In this document: positions 16,905 through 27,727 of the stretch, piece by piece | Layout of the letters: each line of letters begins with the position of its first letter | Numbering within the stretch: position 1 is the stretch's first letter | Made by a program: the position numbers and the translations under genes | Notes under the pieces: generated by a model | Database searches by the model: none | Told to the model about the DNA's origin: nothing | The model's input: only the letters and a program-made list of their open reading frames with translations | IMG/VR virus record: IMGVR_UViG_3300021401_000004 | Span: 28,961 to 92,960 of that record | Reading direction: 5' to 3' (one strand) | Origin: a virus | DNA: 64,000 nt

Positions 16905-17600
16905 ATGGCGAATAAGCAATATTACGTTCCAACAAACTCTTCCTCTGGAACTGGCGGGGGCGGCGGAGTTTCGTCCATCACGGGCGACGGCTCACTCATT
17001 ACTAACAGCGGGTCAACGGGCGCGGTAACCTTGACGCTCGGAACGCTGCCCGCAACTTCCCTTCCCATTCCTACCGGGGCCGAAACAGCGGGTATAGGAT
17101 ATTTCTTTGGCGGAATATCTTCGCCTGATATATTGTCTAAGGGCGGACTGGCACTATCTACCACGGGCTGGACAGCGAACCAAGCCTACGCCTTCCTGTT
17201 CTACCAACCTTCCGTTATTTCGGTCGGCCATGTCTCGATCCTTTGCGCGACGGCCAGCGCAGCGACAGCGGCGAGCGCCGGGATTTACAGCGTTACGGGG
17301 ACCAAACTTGTTGATAGCGGAGTTTTCGCAACCACAAGCCCCGGCGTGCTTACGAACGCGATTACGCCCGTTACACTTCAAGCCGCGTTTTATTACTACG
17401 TTTTTACGACCAACTCGGCAGCGAACGGCTTTGAATACTTTGGCGGGAACAGCACCAATCTCGGTCTGATCGTTAACGCCCTTGGAAATCGGGCGGCTAA
17501 AGGCACGGCGACTACGGGCGGGGCTTTGAATACCGCTCTTGGTTCATTAACCGCATTGGCCGCTATTACTTCTTGCCCGATGGCACTGTTCGAGCCGTAA
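16905..17600 (+). CDS. Fibre-like virion protein
   Basis: MANKQYYVP..GGGG N-terminus shared with 11551; GVSSITG..STGAVTL module. Confidence 0.65.
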   Translation: MANKQYYVPTNSSSGTGGGGGVSSITGDGSLITNSGSTGAVTLTLGTLPATSLPIPTGAETAGIGYFFGGISSPDILSKGGLALSTTGWTANQAYAFLFYQPSVISVGHVSILCATASAATAASAGIYSVTGTKLVDSGVFATTSPGVLTNAITPVTLQAAFYYYVFTTNSAANGFEYFGGNSTNLGLIVNALGNRAAKGTATTGGALNTALGSLTALAAITSCPMALFEP

Positions 17601-17615
17601 CAAGGAAAATATCTT

Positions 17616-19949
17616 ATGGGTTTTGATTACACGGTTGTTGGACCGCCGACGCTACCCGCGCCATCGACGCCCGCGACTTGTTACGACAAGCAGAACGACG
17701 TTCTTTATTGCTCGACACCCGCGAATCCCACGATTCCTACTACGTGGTCGCCTATTAACGGGTACGCGGGCACGAACCCGCAAACTGGTAGTTATTCGGC
17801 GCAGATATCGGATAACGCGCATTTGCTGGTGTTCAATATTGGCGGAACGCCCGCAACTCTTAAGCTTTTGAATCCTCCGCCTAGTTCGACTTGGGCGACG
17901 TACGTACAAAATATAGGAACAGCAAGTCTTACGGTTTCTGGCAACGGTCTAGACATCAACGGCATTCCCGCATCTTTGTCGGTTTCCGGGGGATCGGGCG
18001 TTCTAATATATACGGACGGAAAGAATTACTTCGCTCTGCTTGGGGGCGGGGGAAGTGGGTCTCAAGGACCGCAGGGCCCGCAAGGTCCTCAAGGGTTCCA
18101 AGGAGCACAAGGTTCTGGTGTTCAAGGGCCTCAAGGGACTCCCGGACCACAAGGCAATCAGGGATTCCAAGGCCCGCAGGGATCGGGCGCTCAAGGGGCG
18201 CAGGGCGTCCAAGGCCCGCAAGGATTGCAAGGGTTTCAAGGCCCCGCTGGCGGCGGGAACAGCAACCTGATTCTAGCCAATACTACGCCCGCAACCTCTT
18301 CGACGCCGCAGTCGTCCCCGGTTTTGGGATTAGACGGTACATGGTTCGGGCCGTTCTTAGCCTCCGCAACGGATGGCTGGACTATTCAGGATGTTCCCAC
18401 GGTATCGACAACCATGCCCGCTGGCAAAGTTGCTACGGCGTCTGAGACGGGCGGCGTTGTTACTCTTTCGGGCACGGGTATGACCGTGTTTCCTGTATTG
18501 AGTACAGCAGGGTTTACGGGCACCAATCAGGGAAGCACGCCCGTAATTTTCGAAGGCTTTACTACGCTAACTTGGCTCAACGGTCAAGTCGTGAAGTTGA
18601 TTACTAATACGTCTTCGTCGATAACCTTTCTTGATCCTACTAGCCACGCCAATCAGGGAAGTGTCGCGGAAACTGGTGTCACGGCTTCGTCCGCACAGAG
18701 CACGCTAACATTTCAGCAACTTTCGGGCTCAGCCCCATTAGGCGTATTTCAATTATCGAACCCCACTCCGGCGACTGCGGATTCGATGATGACTTCTCCA
18801 ACCTTGCAATTCCAGACGAATCGCTGGAACGGGTCCTCGTCCGTGCCCGAAGACTGGAGTATTTATTCTAACGGCATCACTACGGGAAACGCCGCCGCGA
18901 GCCTGGTTTTCTCTTACACGGGGCAAACCACGAACACGGGCGCAGTCCTATTAGTCGGGCAGGGCAATTCGAACCAGAACACACCCAACCTTGGCTGGTA
19001 TAACAACAACAACGGAGTCCTCCAAACCGTAGGATTCATTGGCATGACGCCCGCAGACGGAACGACGTACAACACGGCGTTCAGCATGCAAACCACTTCA
19101 AACGGAAGTGCGATGGCGCTAGGCGGCGCGGCGGGTTCTACGGCAGGCGCGGATGTAGACATCGGCAGCCAGAACAATAACGTCAGAAACAATACAACTG
19201 GCCCGAACTACGGCATTGTTTTGGGTGGGGTGTATTTGGGCGGAAATCCCGGATTCGGCGGGGAAACCTTTCAGCCCGCTTCCGGCGCGTCCAAGAATTT
19301 CTGCGTCTGGGTGGGGGGGAAGTTTAATCCGACCACCGGGACTAGCACTTTCTCGGGATTGTACGTAACCCCGATTATCGCGGGCACGAGCAGCGGAAAC
19401 ACGACGGCACTAACGGTCGCCCCGCAACAAACTCTCACTAATCTTACGGGCACCAATCTAATTCAGGATTGGCAGTCGGGGGCGTCGGGAACTACGCCCG
19501 GAACCTCCGTAGCCAGCATCGACTACAACGGAAAATTCCATACATATTCTGGAATAACGACGGCGGGCAACGGTGTTCCGGCGGAAGCTAACCAGATCAT
19601 CGCCACAGGCTTGACCGCAAATTACAATGCGGGCACTGCGAAGACGATTTTTACGCCTACTGCGGCGAGTCAACTACGGATTTCGTTCACTCAGGCTATC
19701 ACGACGGCGGATGCGGTTAGTTCGACATTCCCGAGCCTCACACTTGGCTGGACGGATGCGGGCGGAATCGCCCGAACCAAAATTCTCGTTGCGACTTCGG
19801 CTACAAATACGACGGCGGTAGAAAGCGACGGAGTAACGGTTATCACCACGAACACTAGCACGGCGGTTACGGTTACTAGCGCGAGTTATGCTTCAAACAC
19901 GCCCGCGACTATGACATACGCCCTGACGATAACGACCGAGGTACTTTAA
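17616..19949 (+). CDS. Collagen-like (GxQ) fibre protein
   Basis: GxQ repeats; shares I.GTS.GNTTAL.V.P..T.TNLTGTN.I with 11551. Confidence 0.75.
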   Translation: MGFDYTVVGPPTLPAPSTPATCYDKQNDVLYCSTPANPTIPTTWSPINGYAGTNPQTGSYSAQISDNAHLLVFNIGGTPATLKLLNPPPSSTWATYVQNIGTASLTVSGNGLDINGIPASLSVSGGSGVLIYTDGKNYFALLGGGGSGSQGPQGPQGPQGFQGAQGSGVQGPQGTPGPQGNQGFQGPQGSGAQGAQGVQGPQGLQGFQGPAGGGNSNLILANTTPATSSTPQSSPVLGLDGTWFGPFLASATDGWTIQDVPTVSTTMPAGKVATASETGGVVTLSGTGMTVFPVLSTAGFTGTNQGSTPVIFEGFTTLTWLNGQVVKLITNTSSSITFLDPTSHANQGSVAETGVTASSAQSTLTFQQLSGSAPLGVFQLSNPTPATADSMMTSPTLQFQTNRWNGSSSVPEDWSIYSNGITTGNAAASLVFSYTGQTTNTGAVLLVGQGNSNQNTPNLGWYNNNNGVLQTVGFIGMTPADGTTYNTAFSMQTTSNGSAMALGGAAGSTAGADVDIGSQNNNVRNNTTGPNYGIVLGGVYLGGNPGFGGETFQPASGASKNFCVWVGGKFNPTTGTSTFSGLYVTPIIAGTSSGNTTALTVAPQQTLTNLTGTNLIQDWQSGASGTTPGTSVASIDYNGKFHTYSGITTAGNGVPAEANQIIATGLTANYNAGTAKTIFTPTAASQLRISFTQAITTADAVSSTFPSLTLGWTDAGGIARTKILVATSATNTTAVESDGVTVITTNTSTAVTVTSASYASNTPATMTYALTITTEVL

Positions 19950-19950
19950 A

Positions 19951-20139
19951 ATGATGGATAAAATTCTCAGCAATATGAAGGATTATCATCTTCCGATCTG
20001 CCTACTCGTGTTTCTTATAGGAAGCGTGATTCATTGGTTCCATCATTTGGATGCAAGTTACGTGGGGTTTACCGCTACGGTTCTTGGGGCAATTACGGGG
20101 CACGCCTTCTCGCCAGCACAAAACAACAACGGCCAATAA
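19951..20139 (+). CDS. Small two-helix membrane protein (holin-like)
   Basis: Two hydrophobic segments. Confidence 0.45.
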   Translation: MMDKILSNMKDYHLPICLLVFLIGSVIHWFHHLDASYVGFTATVLGAITGHAFSPAQNNNGQ

Positions 20140-20157
20140 TACGGAAAACGGACAAAT

Positions 20158-20478
20158 ATGATCTTCATCGTAATCCTAATCTCGGTTGCCTTCTGCGAAG
20201 CCTGCGGAATCTACGACGCTACAATGACCGAAAAGGGCCTGAAGGCGGGCGTTGCCGTTGAGGGTTTTGATTGGCTCGTAGGCGAAAAGCCGAGTGCGGT
20301 CGCCTTGTATCTACGGGACAATCTTCTACTCGGGTTCTGCTCATTGCCCGCAATCTTGTGCGCAACCGTTTTCCATAACGTGCCTCTGGCTTACGGGGCG
20401 TGCATTTCGCCCGTACTCTATGGGATTAAACACATTCAGGGCGGTAGGCAATGGAAGAAACTTGTGGGTGGGAAATAG
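20158..20478 (+). CDS. Membrane protein
   Basis: Hydrophobic segments and a basic C-terminus. Confidence 0.55.
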   Translation: MIFIVILISVAFCEACGIYDATMTEKGLKAGVAVEGFDWLVGEKPSAVALYLRDNLLLGFCSLPAILCATVFHNVPLAYGACISPVLYGIKHIQGGRQWKKLVGGK

Positions 20479-21783
20479 ATGGCCGTTAACAACTCCAGCT
20501 ACACGCTCCAGGATGTCGCGGACATAATCTCGGCGAATGGAGATACCGCGCCCGCGTTGGCTACGGGCGGGTTCTCGCAGCAGCCCATGATCCAGATGGC
20601 CAATAAAGTTTTGGCGGCCATGCTAAACGGAGGAGCACAGGGGCAGCCGATGGGATGGAAATGGAATCGACTGCTCGTTACCCCCTTCCCCACGATTTCT
20701 TGGCAGCAGGATTATTTTATTGCTGGACTGGTAAATCTTTCGTGGCTTGAGAGCGCGTGGGGGATTTGTTTCACAAACACTTCCCAGCCGAAACCGAAGA
20801 TACCCCTCGAAGTTCATAAGGACTTGTTAGTTACGTATCAGCAGTGCGGATACCCTGGGAAAGTGTGCTGGGTCCAGGCTAGTCAAGCGCAAACCGGAAC
20901 GTGGGGTGACACGGAACTTCAAACTCCGACCGGACAAAACAACCCCGGCCCTGGAGTTTTGTATGTAAATCCGTTAACCGTACTGACCCAACCTTCGAAC
21001 GCTTCGACCGCAATCGAAGACCCGAACGGCGGGCTTTGGGCGCTTACGACTTACGGAACCTGCGGAACGTTCAACCCATTCGCGTTGAATATCACAGCGA
21101 CTTCGATTACCGGAAATGTTCTGACTGTTACTTGCCCGAATTCAGTTCAAATTGGGCAGAGCGTGTTGCTTCAGGGAACTGCTGAACCGTTCCTAAACGG
21201 GCAGTCTGTAACCGTGGCGTCCGTTATCGGAGCTAGCCCGAATCAAACAGGATTTACCGCCGCATTTGTAAATGCAAATTACAGCAACCCCGCCGACACT
21301 GGAACCGTATTCATCAATCAGACTTACCCGACTCTGACTAGCCCTAACATCGTGGCTACGACCGTCATCGACGGAACCGTTGTCTGGACCGCGATCAACC
21401 CCAACGGGCAAGCGATTCGCCTGAATCCGATTCCGCCGCAGCAAGGCCAAGTCTGGACGATCAACTGCGTGGGACAATTGCGAATTACTCAGTTCACGAC
21501 GTTGACGCAAAGCCTGGGAGTACTGCCCGACGATTACTATCAGACTTTCGTAGACGGCTGCATGTCCGAAGCATACCGAAGAAATCCAGACGCAAAAATA
21601 CGCGCCCGTTTCAAAGACGAGTGGACTATTTGGTTGAAGTCTCTGAAAGAGTCTTTCGACTTTGCGAATAAAGAAATGGACGATTTTGGTTTTTATCCTT
21701 CCGAACCGATCATGGAGACGGGCGCGGGCAGCATTTGGCTGGGGCCTGCTGCGCCGTATCCAGGATGGCCGTGGTACTACTAA
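20479..21783 (+). CDS. Putative head-tail adaptor/tail protein
   Basis: Helical N-terminus with WKWNR and helical C-terminus after LPDDY. Position in the structural block. Confidence 0.55.
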   Translation: MAVNNSSYTLQDVADIISANGDTAPALATGGFSQQPMIQMANKVLAAMLNGGAQGQPMGWKWNRLLVTPFPTISWQQDYFIAGLVNLSWLESAWGICFTNTSQPKPKIPLEVHKDLLVTYQQCGYPGKVCWVQASQAQTGTWGDTELQTPTGQNNPGPGVLYVNPLTVLTQPSNASTAIEDPNGGLWALTTYGTCGTFNPFALNITATSITGNVLTVTCPNSVQIGQSVLLQGTAEPFLNGQSVTVASVIGASPNQTGFTAAFVNANYSNPADTGTVFINQTYPTLTSPNIVATTVIDGTVVWTAINPNGQAIRLNPIPPQQGQVWTINCVGQLRITQFTTLTQSLGVLPDDYYQTFVDGCMSEAYRRNPDAKIRARFKDEWTIWLKSLKESFDFANKEMDDFGFYPSEPIMETGAGSIWLGPAAPYPGWPWYY

Positions 21784-21786
21784 AAT

Positions 21787-22686
21787 ATGGCGTCTACGAA
21801 AACAATTCTCGCGAGCATGGAGTGGGCGAAGCGTTTCTGCTTCAACCGCCATCTTTCCATCGGCGGTTTCAAGGAACCCACGATTACTTCGGCCAACACC
21901 GTCTTGCAGACAATCTTGGGAAAGCCCTTCCGCTGGCAATTTAATCGGGCGATTACGGGCTTTTTCGCCACACCCGGAACCCAAGATTATCTTCTTCTCT
22001 ACTCGTGGCCCGCGAGTCAAACATTGTCTGCGGGCGTCCAACTTATCGACAGCAACGGAAACTCGCAAGTCGTCACAGTTGCGGGCACTACGAACGCCAC
22101 GATCCCCGGATGGAATATCACCAAGGGCGGAACAACTACGGATAACGGAGTGACTTGGACGAACCAAGGCCCGATTCCGAATGCGGTTTCGAGCTTCAGT
22201 TTTGGCTGGATTGAGAATGCGAGCGTCCAAGACCCGGTGTCCAGTAAATGGGTTCAGATTTCAAACAAAGTCGATCTCGCGCTGGATGCCGCTACGAGCC
22301 GCCCGCAGAATATTGCCGCTGAACTTCCGGGCAGCCTCGGCGTTTTGTTCAGGCTTATGCCCGTGCCTGACAAGGCGTATCCCGTAGCAATTACGCTGCA
22401 ACAGGAAGCGCCAACAGTTTCTAGTTTGGCCCAGACGTGGGCACCGTTGCCCGATAGTTTTGGATACGTCTATCAACTCGGGTTTCTGAGCTTCGCTTAC
22501 GAGTTTAGCGACGATTCAAGATGGGCCCCAACCCGCCAGAAATTTATTGCGGGCTTGCTAGGCGCGGCGGAAGGTTTGACCGCCACCGAAATTGACATCT
22601 TTTTGACTAACTTCAACGCGATTTCGCTCGATCCTATCGGGCGTCAGATGGCGTTGAATCAGGGGATGCAGCATCGGCAGATTTAA
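21787..22686 (+). CDS. Putative head-tail adaptor/tail protein
   Basis: PFRWQFNR..QDY..PVPDKAY..PLPD, similar in layout to the preceding gene. Confidence 0.55.
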   Translation: MASTKTILASMEWAKRFCFNRHLSIGGFKEPTITSANTVLQTILGKPFRWQFNRAITGFFATPGTQDYLLLYSWPASQTLSAGVQLIDSNGNSQVVTVAGTTNATIPGWNITKGGTTTDNGVTWTNQGPIPNAVSSFSFGWIENASVQDPVSSKWVQISNKVDLALDAATSRPQNIAAELPGSLGVLFRLMPVPDKAYPVAITLQQEAPTVSSLAQTWAPLPDSFGYVYQLGFLSFAYEFSDDSRWAPTRQKFIAGLLGAAEGLTATEIDIFLTNFNAISLDPIGRQMALNQGMQHRQI

Positions 22687-22907
22687 TAATAATCGAGGGG
22701 GTCTTCCTCGCGAATTATTCCGCGTATTTCTAGACTTTGCATTTCGTTGAATTCTAGGCGGTGCCCGAAGTGCTTCCACAGAAATTCTTTCAGCAGAGTT
22801 TCGGGCTCTCCCGAATAGAAGCAAAACGACGAACTGCTGCGCGAACTTTGCCCGATCCAAACTGAACTTTTACATTTGTGGCAGGCTAATTCGTAGGTAT
22901 CGCTCAT
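22683..22907 (-). CDS. Antisense cassette gene, small Zn-finger-like protein
   Basis: C..C...H..H; has its own promoter. Confidence 0.6.
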   Translation of the reverse strand: MSDTYELACHKCKSSVWIGQSSRSSSSFCFYSGEPETLLKEFLWKHFGHRLEFNEMQSLEIRGIIREEDPLDYY

Positions 22908-22913
22908 TCCCAA

Positions 22914-22942
22914 ATTATACGGAAAACGGACAGGATTGTCAA
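22914..22942 (-). promoter_or_regulatory. Consensus sigma70 promoter containing the repeated 11-mer
   Basis: TTGACA-atcctgtcCGTTTTCCG-TATAAT with 17-nt spacer. ATG is 7 nt past the -10. Confidence 0.85.
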
Positions 22943-22945
22943 TAG

Positions 22946-25900
22946 ATGGCAGGAAGCCTACAATTATCGGGCGGGTCCCCTAGCAACAAGCAGCCACGCT
23001 ACGCCCCGCTGTTTCAAGGCCGCTGGGTAGTGGGCTTGGTTTCTCAGCGGTCGCCTCTGCGAAGCTCGGCCAGCGCCTACGTAGAGCGATATATTGGCGG
23101 GCAATCCGACGCTCTGATCGACGGTTCGAATTGCGAGATTACCCCCAAACTCACGCTTGCCCGAAGGCCCGGAAACTCAGTTTACAACTCGAATATTTTT
23201 ACCGCGATTGACGCTTTCTACGCCTTCCGGATGTTCGGGCCTACGAATGAAGATATCCAGGTTCTCGCGGACACGGCTACAAATGTCTACGATGTCTCGA
23301 ACAACCAGAAGATTTCAATTTTCACGAAATCTCCGGGCAGCGGGCAAACTTTCTTTCAGTCGGTCGGCAACACGCTGTTTTTCGGCGACGGAATAGACCA
23401 GAAGAAGTACGTTCAAAGTCTGTTTACCCGCACTAATAGTTCTGCGGGCCTACCGAATATCGGGGATAACGTAACGTTGTCCGCCGCATCGACTCCGTTT
23501 ATCTCGACGTACCTGATCGACACGAACGGGAATATCGAGGAATTACTGGCGACCGCCGTTACCACGGTTTCAAACGTTGCGTACGTGGAATCCACGAACA
23601 CGTTGACTTTGACCGTTGGATCGACTGCGGGCATTACAGTTGGAGACAATTACGTTGTTTGGAACTTCACGAACGCGACTTGGTTGAACGGCGTTACTTG
23701 GGAAGTTTTAACTGCGGGCGGATCGACCGTAACCGCGAAGCTCTTGAATACCCTGCACGTAGATTACGCTTCTGCGTCGGATACGGGCAACGTTACGGAT
23801 GCCCAAGGCGGGGTTCCAGTTACGGGCGGCAGCGTCCCTTCGTGGAATACTCAAGTCCCGAGTTCAGCAAATGACTTCCAAGGCGGGATTACAATTGACG
23901 GTACGGCGGTTTGGATTAATCGCGGACTCCCGATTGAAAATTGGGGGATTGCGGCGGGCACGACTTCCCCGAATGTCGTCGTCGGAACCTCGACTTCCGC
24001 GTGGAAAGCCACGACTTTCTTCTCATTGTCGGGCGCGGTTGTTGATACGCAGTTTGCTGGGCAGACAAATATCTGGCAAGTTACGGTTGCGGGGAAATCA
24101 GGATTCTCCAATCCGTTTACGAGCAACCCGGTTTCAGGCACGACTACGGTTATTGACGGTGGGGCGACTTGGAAATGTGTTGCCAGCACTTTTTCGGGCG
24201 ACTCTTCCTGGTCCGCGAGCACGACCTTCGCCGCCGACCATCTTATCGTAGCCAACGCTTCGGGCACCCCGAGTTTATTTCAACTTCAGCCCAATCCTTT
24301 TCCGGTTTATAAACTGGTTGCGGGCGTGTACGTAACCGCAAATTTCTACCCGCATAACGGTGCGTTTTCCGGGCAATGTGAACTCCGGAACCCCGTAGAC
24401 GGGACGAACAATCCCGGCGTTGCTCCATACACTCTCCAAGCGACCGCTAACGGGAGCAGCGTTTTATTCAACCCCCCGCAACAGAATAACGCCGGACATA
24501 CTTCGCCGTTGCAGTGGGCGACTTTGGACGCTGCCGGGGATATCACGGGCTTTACGACACCGTATGCCGGGGCTACGCCCGGAAATTACACGCTTTCGAC
24601 GTTCGGGACTTTAACGATCCCAACTGCCGGACAGTATTCGTTTACGATATTTCACGATGATGGAATGTTCTGGGGCATTGGGCCCTCGGGTACGAACCAG
24701 CCAACAAGAATCTCGGGGCCGACAAACTGCCCGGCACCTAACGCGACATTGACCGCGCTCCAAAGCTACCCAGTTATGGGCGCGAATAACGTCTCTGGGC
24801 AATTTCAGGATGTTTTCGTTATTAATTTCCCGGCAGCCGGAGATTACCCGTTCGAAATTGATTTCGCGAAATCGTCGAGCACGGGTCAGTTTCTTGATCT
24901 GTATTGTAACGGGCAGACTCCGATTCCGGGCACGCCCGAAACGGGGACTACGCAACCGATTTGGCCCGCTTTTTCAACCGCTTTCGCCCCTAATTACGCA
25001 ACCGTTTCGGAGATGAACAGCGCCGGAATCGGCGTCCTCGGGCCCGGATCGTTTTCGGGCGGCAGTGGACCCGGACCTCTGAGTTGGGCGAACCTCGGCC
25101 CGATCACGGATTCCGTGTGGACGGCTTCGGTGAACTACACGTTGCCAGACACGACAATTACCGACCCGAATAACAACACTGAAGGCCCGTTCCGGGCGGG
25201 TGTATCGGGAACCACGACTCCGACTTTCGCCACGGGCATCAATCAGCTTACGCTCGACAACCCGAATCTGATCTGGATCAATCTTGGTCCGGCTTCGGCC
25301 CCCGCGCCTGGAACTATTTCAGCATTCAACGGCGGATTTATATACTACGTTGCTTTGGTGAATTCCGCAACTGATACGGTTTCAAACGCATCCCCGGCAA
25401 GCGCGGTTACGGGAAACTTTATTGGGGCTGCGGGCGTTCAAGTAACTGGCGGGCTTCCGCCTATAGCAAGTATTGACCCGCAATCGGATTACGTAGCCAT
25501 TTTCCGTACAACGGACGGTCTTGCCGTTCCGTTCCTGATTCCGGGCACTACGAACGCTATCTGGACGGTTCCGCTGCCCGATTACCTCGTCAACGGGTAT
25601 TTTGACGACACTCCCGATACGGGCTTGAATAACCTGATTGAAGGCCCGATTGAAGGCGAAAACACTCCGCCAGCTTTGGGAGCCGTCAACCTCACGCTGT
25701 ATCTCCAGCGAATATTCTACAGTATCGGGAACACCGTGTTTTACACGTCGGGACCAGATGCGCCCGTGGGCAATGGATTTGAGGGAACCGCGCCCGATAA
25801 TTTCCAAGAACTTCAGTCCAGAGTAACCCGGCTAGTCCCGACAATTGTTGGGCTATTTATATTCACGGTCTCGGATATTTATCTGATCGCGAATACGGGC

Positions 25901-26716
25901 GGAACAATTCCTCAGGCGGTTACTTACGCCCAAGGTCTGGGGCTTCTGAATTACAACGCCTTGGATGTTTTCGGGTCGAGCGTCGGGTTCTTTGCTTCCG
26001 ACTCGACGTTTAATACTTTGGACATTTCCTCGGGGCCCTCGGAAACCGGATTCAATATCGGGAATCTATTGCAGGTTGCCCCGTGGGACCCGAATACCGC
26101 GTACGTTACGTGGCATTCTTCGGGCGAAGACAAAGCATGGTTCTTGTCTGACGGGACTACGGGTTGGTACAGAATCGGAGTTACCCCGTCGCCCGAGCAG
26201 GGCGTGACAGTTTCTCCGTTCGCAACTATCGTCAACGGGGCGCAAGCCGTCCAGTCAATTGAGACTTCTCCGGGCGTCCATCAGTTGCTCGTAGGCCCCG
26301 CAACTTCCGGCCCAATTCTTGCCCGAAATTTAACAGAGTTTCAGGACGGCGGAAACAACTACCCGTGGTACGCGACGGTTGGAAGCATAGTCTTGGTAAA
26401 TCCCGGACAACTCGCTGAAGTCGCGTTCATCACCACGGAAGCAAACGCTATCGGGTCTCGCCCGAGCGTAAGCGTAATCTTGGATGAAGCGTTTCCGACC
26501 TACACAGGCCCGTTTGAAAATATTCCAGAATGGGTTGAAGACCCTCCGACGCTGCCACAGTCTACCTCGATTTACGCGCAGCGTTGGTATCTGTCTCTAA
26601 TGCAGGACCCCGCTGTTTGCAGGCATATGCAGATTCGGGTTGATCTGCCTGCTGAAAATGAGAAAAATGAATTATGGAATTTCACGGTTTTCGGGGCCAT
26701 TTTACAAGAAAATTAA
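22946..26716 (+). CDS. Large tail (nozzle/stabilisation-like) protein with PA14-like insert
   Basis: 1256 aa, beta-rich, L.RRPG N-terminal motif; G.LTIPTAGQYSF.I.HDDG. Confidence 0.6.
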   Translation: MAGSLQLSGGSPSNKQPRYAPLFQGRWVVGLVSQRSPLRSSASAYVERYIGGQSDALIDGSNCEITPKLTLARRPGNSVYNSNIFTAIDAFYAFRMFGPTNEDIQVLADTATNVYDVSNNQKISIFTKSPGSGQTFFQSVGNTLFFGDGIDQKKYVQSLFTRTNSSAGLPNIGDNVTLSAASTPFISTYLIDTNGNIEELLATAVTTVSNVAYVESTNTLTLTVGSTAGITVGDNYVVWNFTNATWLNGVTWEVLTAGGSTVTAKLLNTLHVDYASASDTGNVTDAQGGVPVTGGSVPSWNTQVPSSANDFQGGITIDGTAVWINRGLPIENWGIAAGTTSPNVVVGTSTSAWKATTFFSLSGAVVDTQFAGQTNIWQVTVAGKSGFSNPFTSNPVSGTTTVIDGGATWKCVASTFSGDSSWSASTTFAADHLIVANASGTPSLFQLQPNPFPVYKLVAGVYVTANFYPHNGAFSGQCELRNPVDGTNNPGVAPYTLQATANGSSVLFNPPQQNNAGHTSPLQWATLDAAGDITGFTTPYAGATPGNYTLSTFGTLTIPTAGQYSFTIFHDDGMFWGIGPSGTNQPTRISGPTNCPAPNATLTALQSYPVMGANNVSGQFQDVFVINFPAAGDYPFEIDFAKSSSTGQFLDLYCNGQTPIPGTPETGTTQPIWPAFSTAFAPNYATVSEMNSAGIGVLGPGSFSGGSGPGPLSWANLGPITDSVWTASVNYTLPDTTITDPNNNTEGPFRAGVSGTTTPTFATGINQLTLDNPNLIWINLGPASAPAPGTISAFNGGFIYYVALVNSATDTVSNASPASAVTGNFIGAAGVQVTGGLPPIASIDPQSDYVAIFRTTDGLAVPFLIPGTTNAIWTVPLPDYLVNGYFDDTPDTGLNNLIEGPIEGENTPPALGAVNLTLYLQRIFYSIGNTVFYTSGPDAPVGNGFEGTAPDNFQELQSRVTRLVPTIVGLFIFTVSDIYLIANTGGTIPQAVTYAQGLGLLNYNALDVFGSSVGFFASDSTFNTLDISSGPSETGFNIGNLLQVAPWDPNTAYVTWHSSGEDKAWFLSDGTTGWYRIGVTPSPEQGVTVSPFATIVNGAQAVQSIETSPGVHQLLVGPATSGPILARNLTEFQDGGNNYPWYATVGSIVLVNPGQLAEVAFITTEANAIGSRPSVSVILDEAFPTYTGPFENIPEWVEDPPTLPQSTSIYAQRWYLSLMQDPAVCRHMQIRVDLPAENEKNELWNFTVFGAILQEN

Positions 26717-26728
26717 TACGGAAAACGG

Positions 26729-27418
26729 ATGCCCGATAATATCGCAAGTCATCTCAATATAAACACGCGCGGTTACGCGCCCGTAGCTTCGCCGCCCGCG
26801 ACTCAGTTGCAAGAGCAACCGTTGATCCCGACCCGAAGTCCGTTACTTAGATTCTCGGCTCCGAATATTCCAGGATCGTTTCCTTCGTTTGATACCCTTA
26901 CGGGCTACCATATGGGCGGGAAAATCCCGCAGTGGCGGATTCCCACGGTTCCGACACAGACGGGAACGACTAGTAGCTCGACAGCGGCGGCAACGACCGT
27001 TATTTCTTCAAGCAGCACGAGCACGAATAACCCGCCGAAGGCCCAGACCGCCTCGGTTACAACTTCGGTACTGTCTCCTGCGGGACAGTTTACGGGCGTA
27101 ATCTCGATGGCGAAAGCATTTATCGTCCTGTCGATTTCGGTCAATTCCGCCGCCCGAGCCCGGTTGTATTCGACGGCAGCCGCCCAGAATGTGGACAAAA
27201 GTCGTCCACAAACTCAAGGTCCGGGATTCGGCACCGAGCAAGGAATTATCGGCGACGTTGTTCTTACGAGCGCCCCGACAGTTTGGTACACGGAAAACAT
27301 GACGGGCACGAACGGGGATAGCCCGCAATCAACAGCCGCGTATTTGACCGTGGATAATCTTACGGCTTCGAGCATGGCGGTTAACGTTTCTATCGTGTAC
27401 GTGCCGCTACAGAGCTAG
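26729..27418 (+). CDS. Putative virion protein
   Basis: ORF in the structural block. Confidence 0.6.
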   Translation: MPDNIASHLNINTRGYAPVASPPATQLQEQPLIPTRSPLLRFSAPNIPGSFPSFDTLTGYHMGGKIPQWRIPTVPTQTGTTSSSTAAATTVISSSSTSTNNPPKAQTASVTTSVLSPAGQFTGVISMAKAFIVLSISVNSAARARLYSTAAAQNVDKSRPQTQGPGFGTEQGIIGDVVLTSAPTVWYTENMTGTNGDSPQSTAAYLTVDNLTASSMAVNVSIVYVPLQS

Positions 27419-27680
27419 ACAGCAAGTATTTTGCGGGCACGTTGAGTACAAAGGAAAACGGATAGACTTCCGCTTTGCTCTCAAAATCAGAAACAAATCG
27501 CTCCGCCTTGGCTGGTAGTTTTCGGGTCTCTGTGCCCAGATAAAAATACGATCCGATAACTCCTTCCATCGCTCCACGACGAACCACTCTTTTGATGGCT
27601 CGGGCGATTGGGCAATTCCACGGATCGCCGTGTTTTCCGAGTCGGATATCTCGCTGGGTTACCTGAACTGTTATTCTCAT
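27390..27680 (-). CDS. Antisense cassette gene, hypothetical protein
   Basis: GGAGGG ribosome-binding site, own promoter, CPIARAI motif. Confidence 0.65.
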   Translation of the reverse strand: MRITVQVTQRDIRLGKHGDPWNCPIARAIKRVVRRGAMEGVIGSYFYLGTETRKLPAKAERFVSDFESKAEVYPFSFVLNVPAKYLLSSSVAARTR

Positions 27681-27697
27681 ATTTCCCTCCAAACCAG

Positions 27698-27726
27698 ATA
27701 GTACAGAAAACGAACAGGAATGTCAA
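27698..27726 (-). promoter_or_regulatory. sigma70 promoter containing the repeated 11-mer
   Basis: TTGACA-ttcctgttCGTTTTCTG-TACTAT with 17-nt spacer. Confidence 0.72.
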
Positions 27727-27727
27727 G

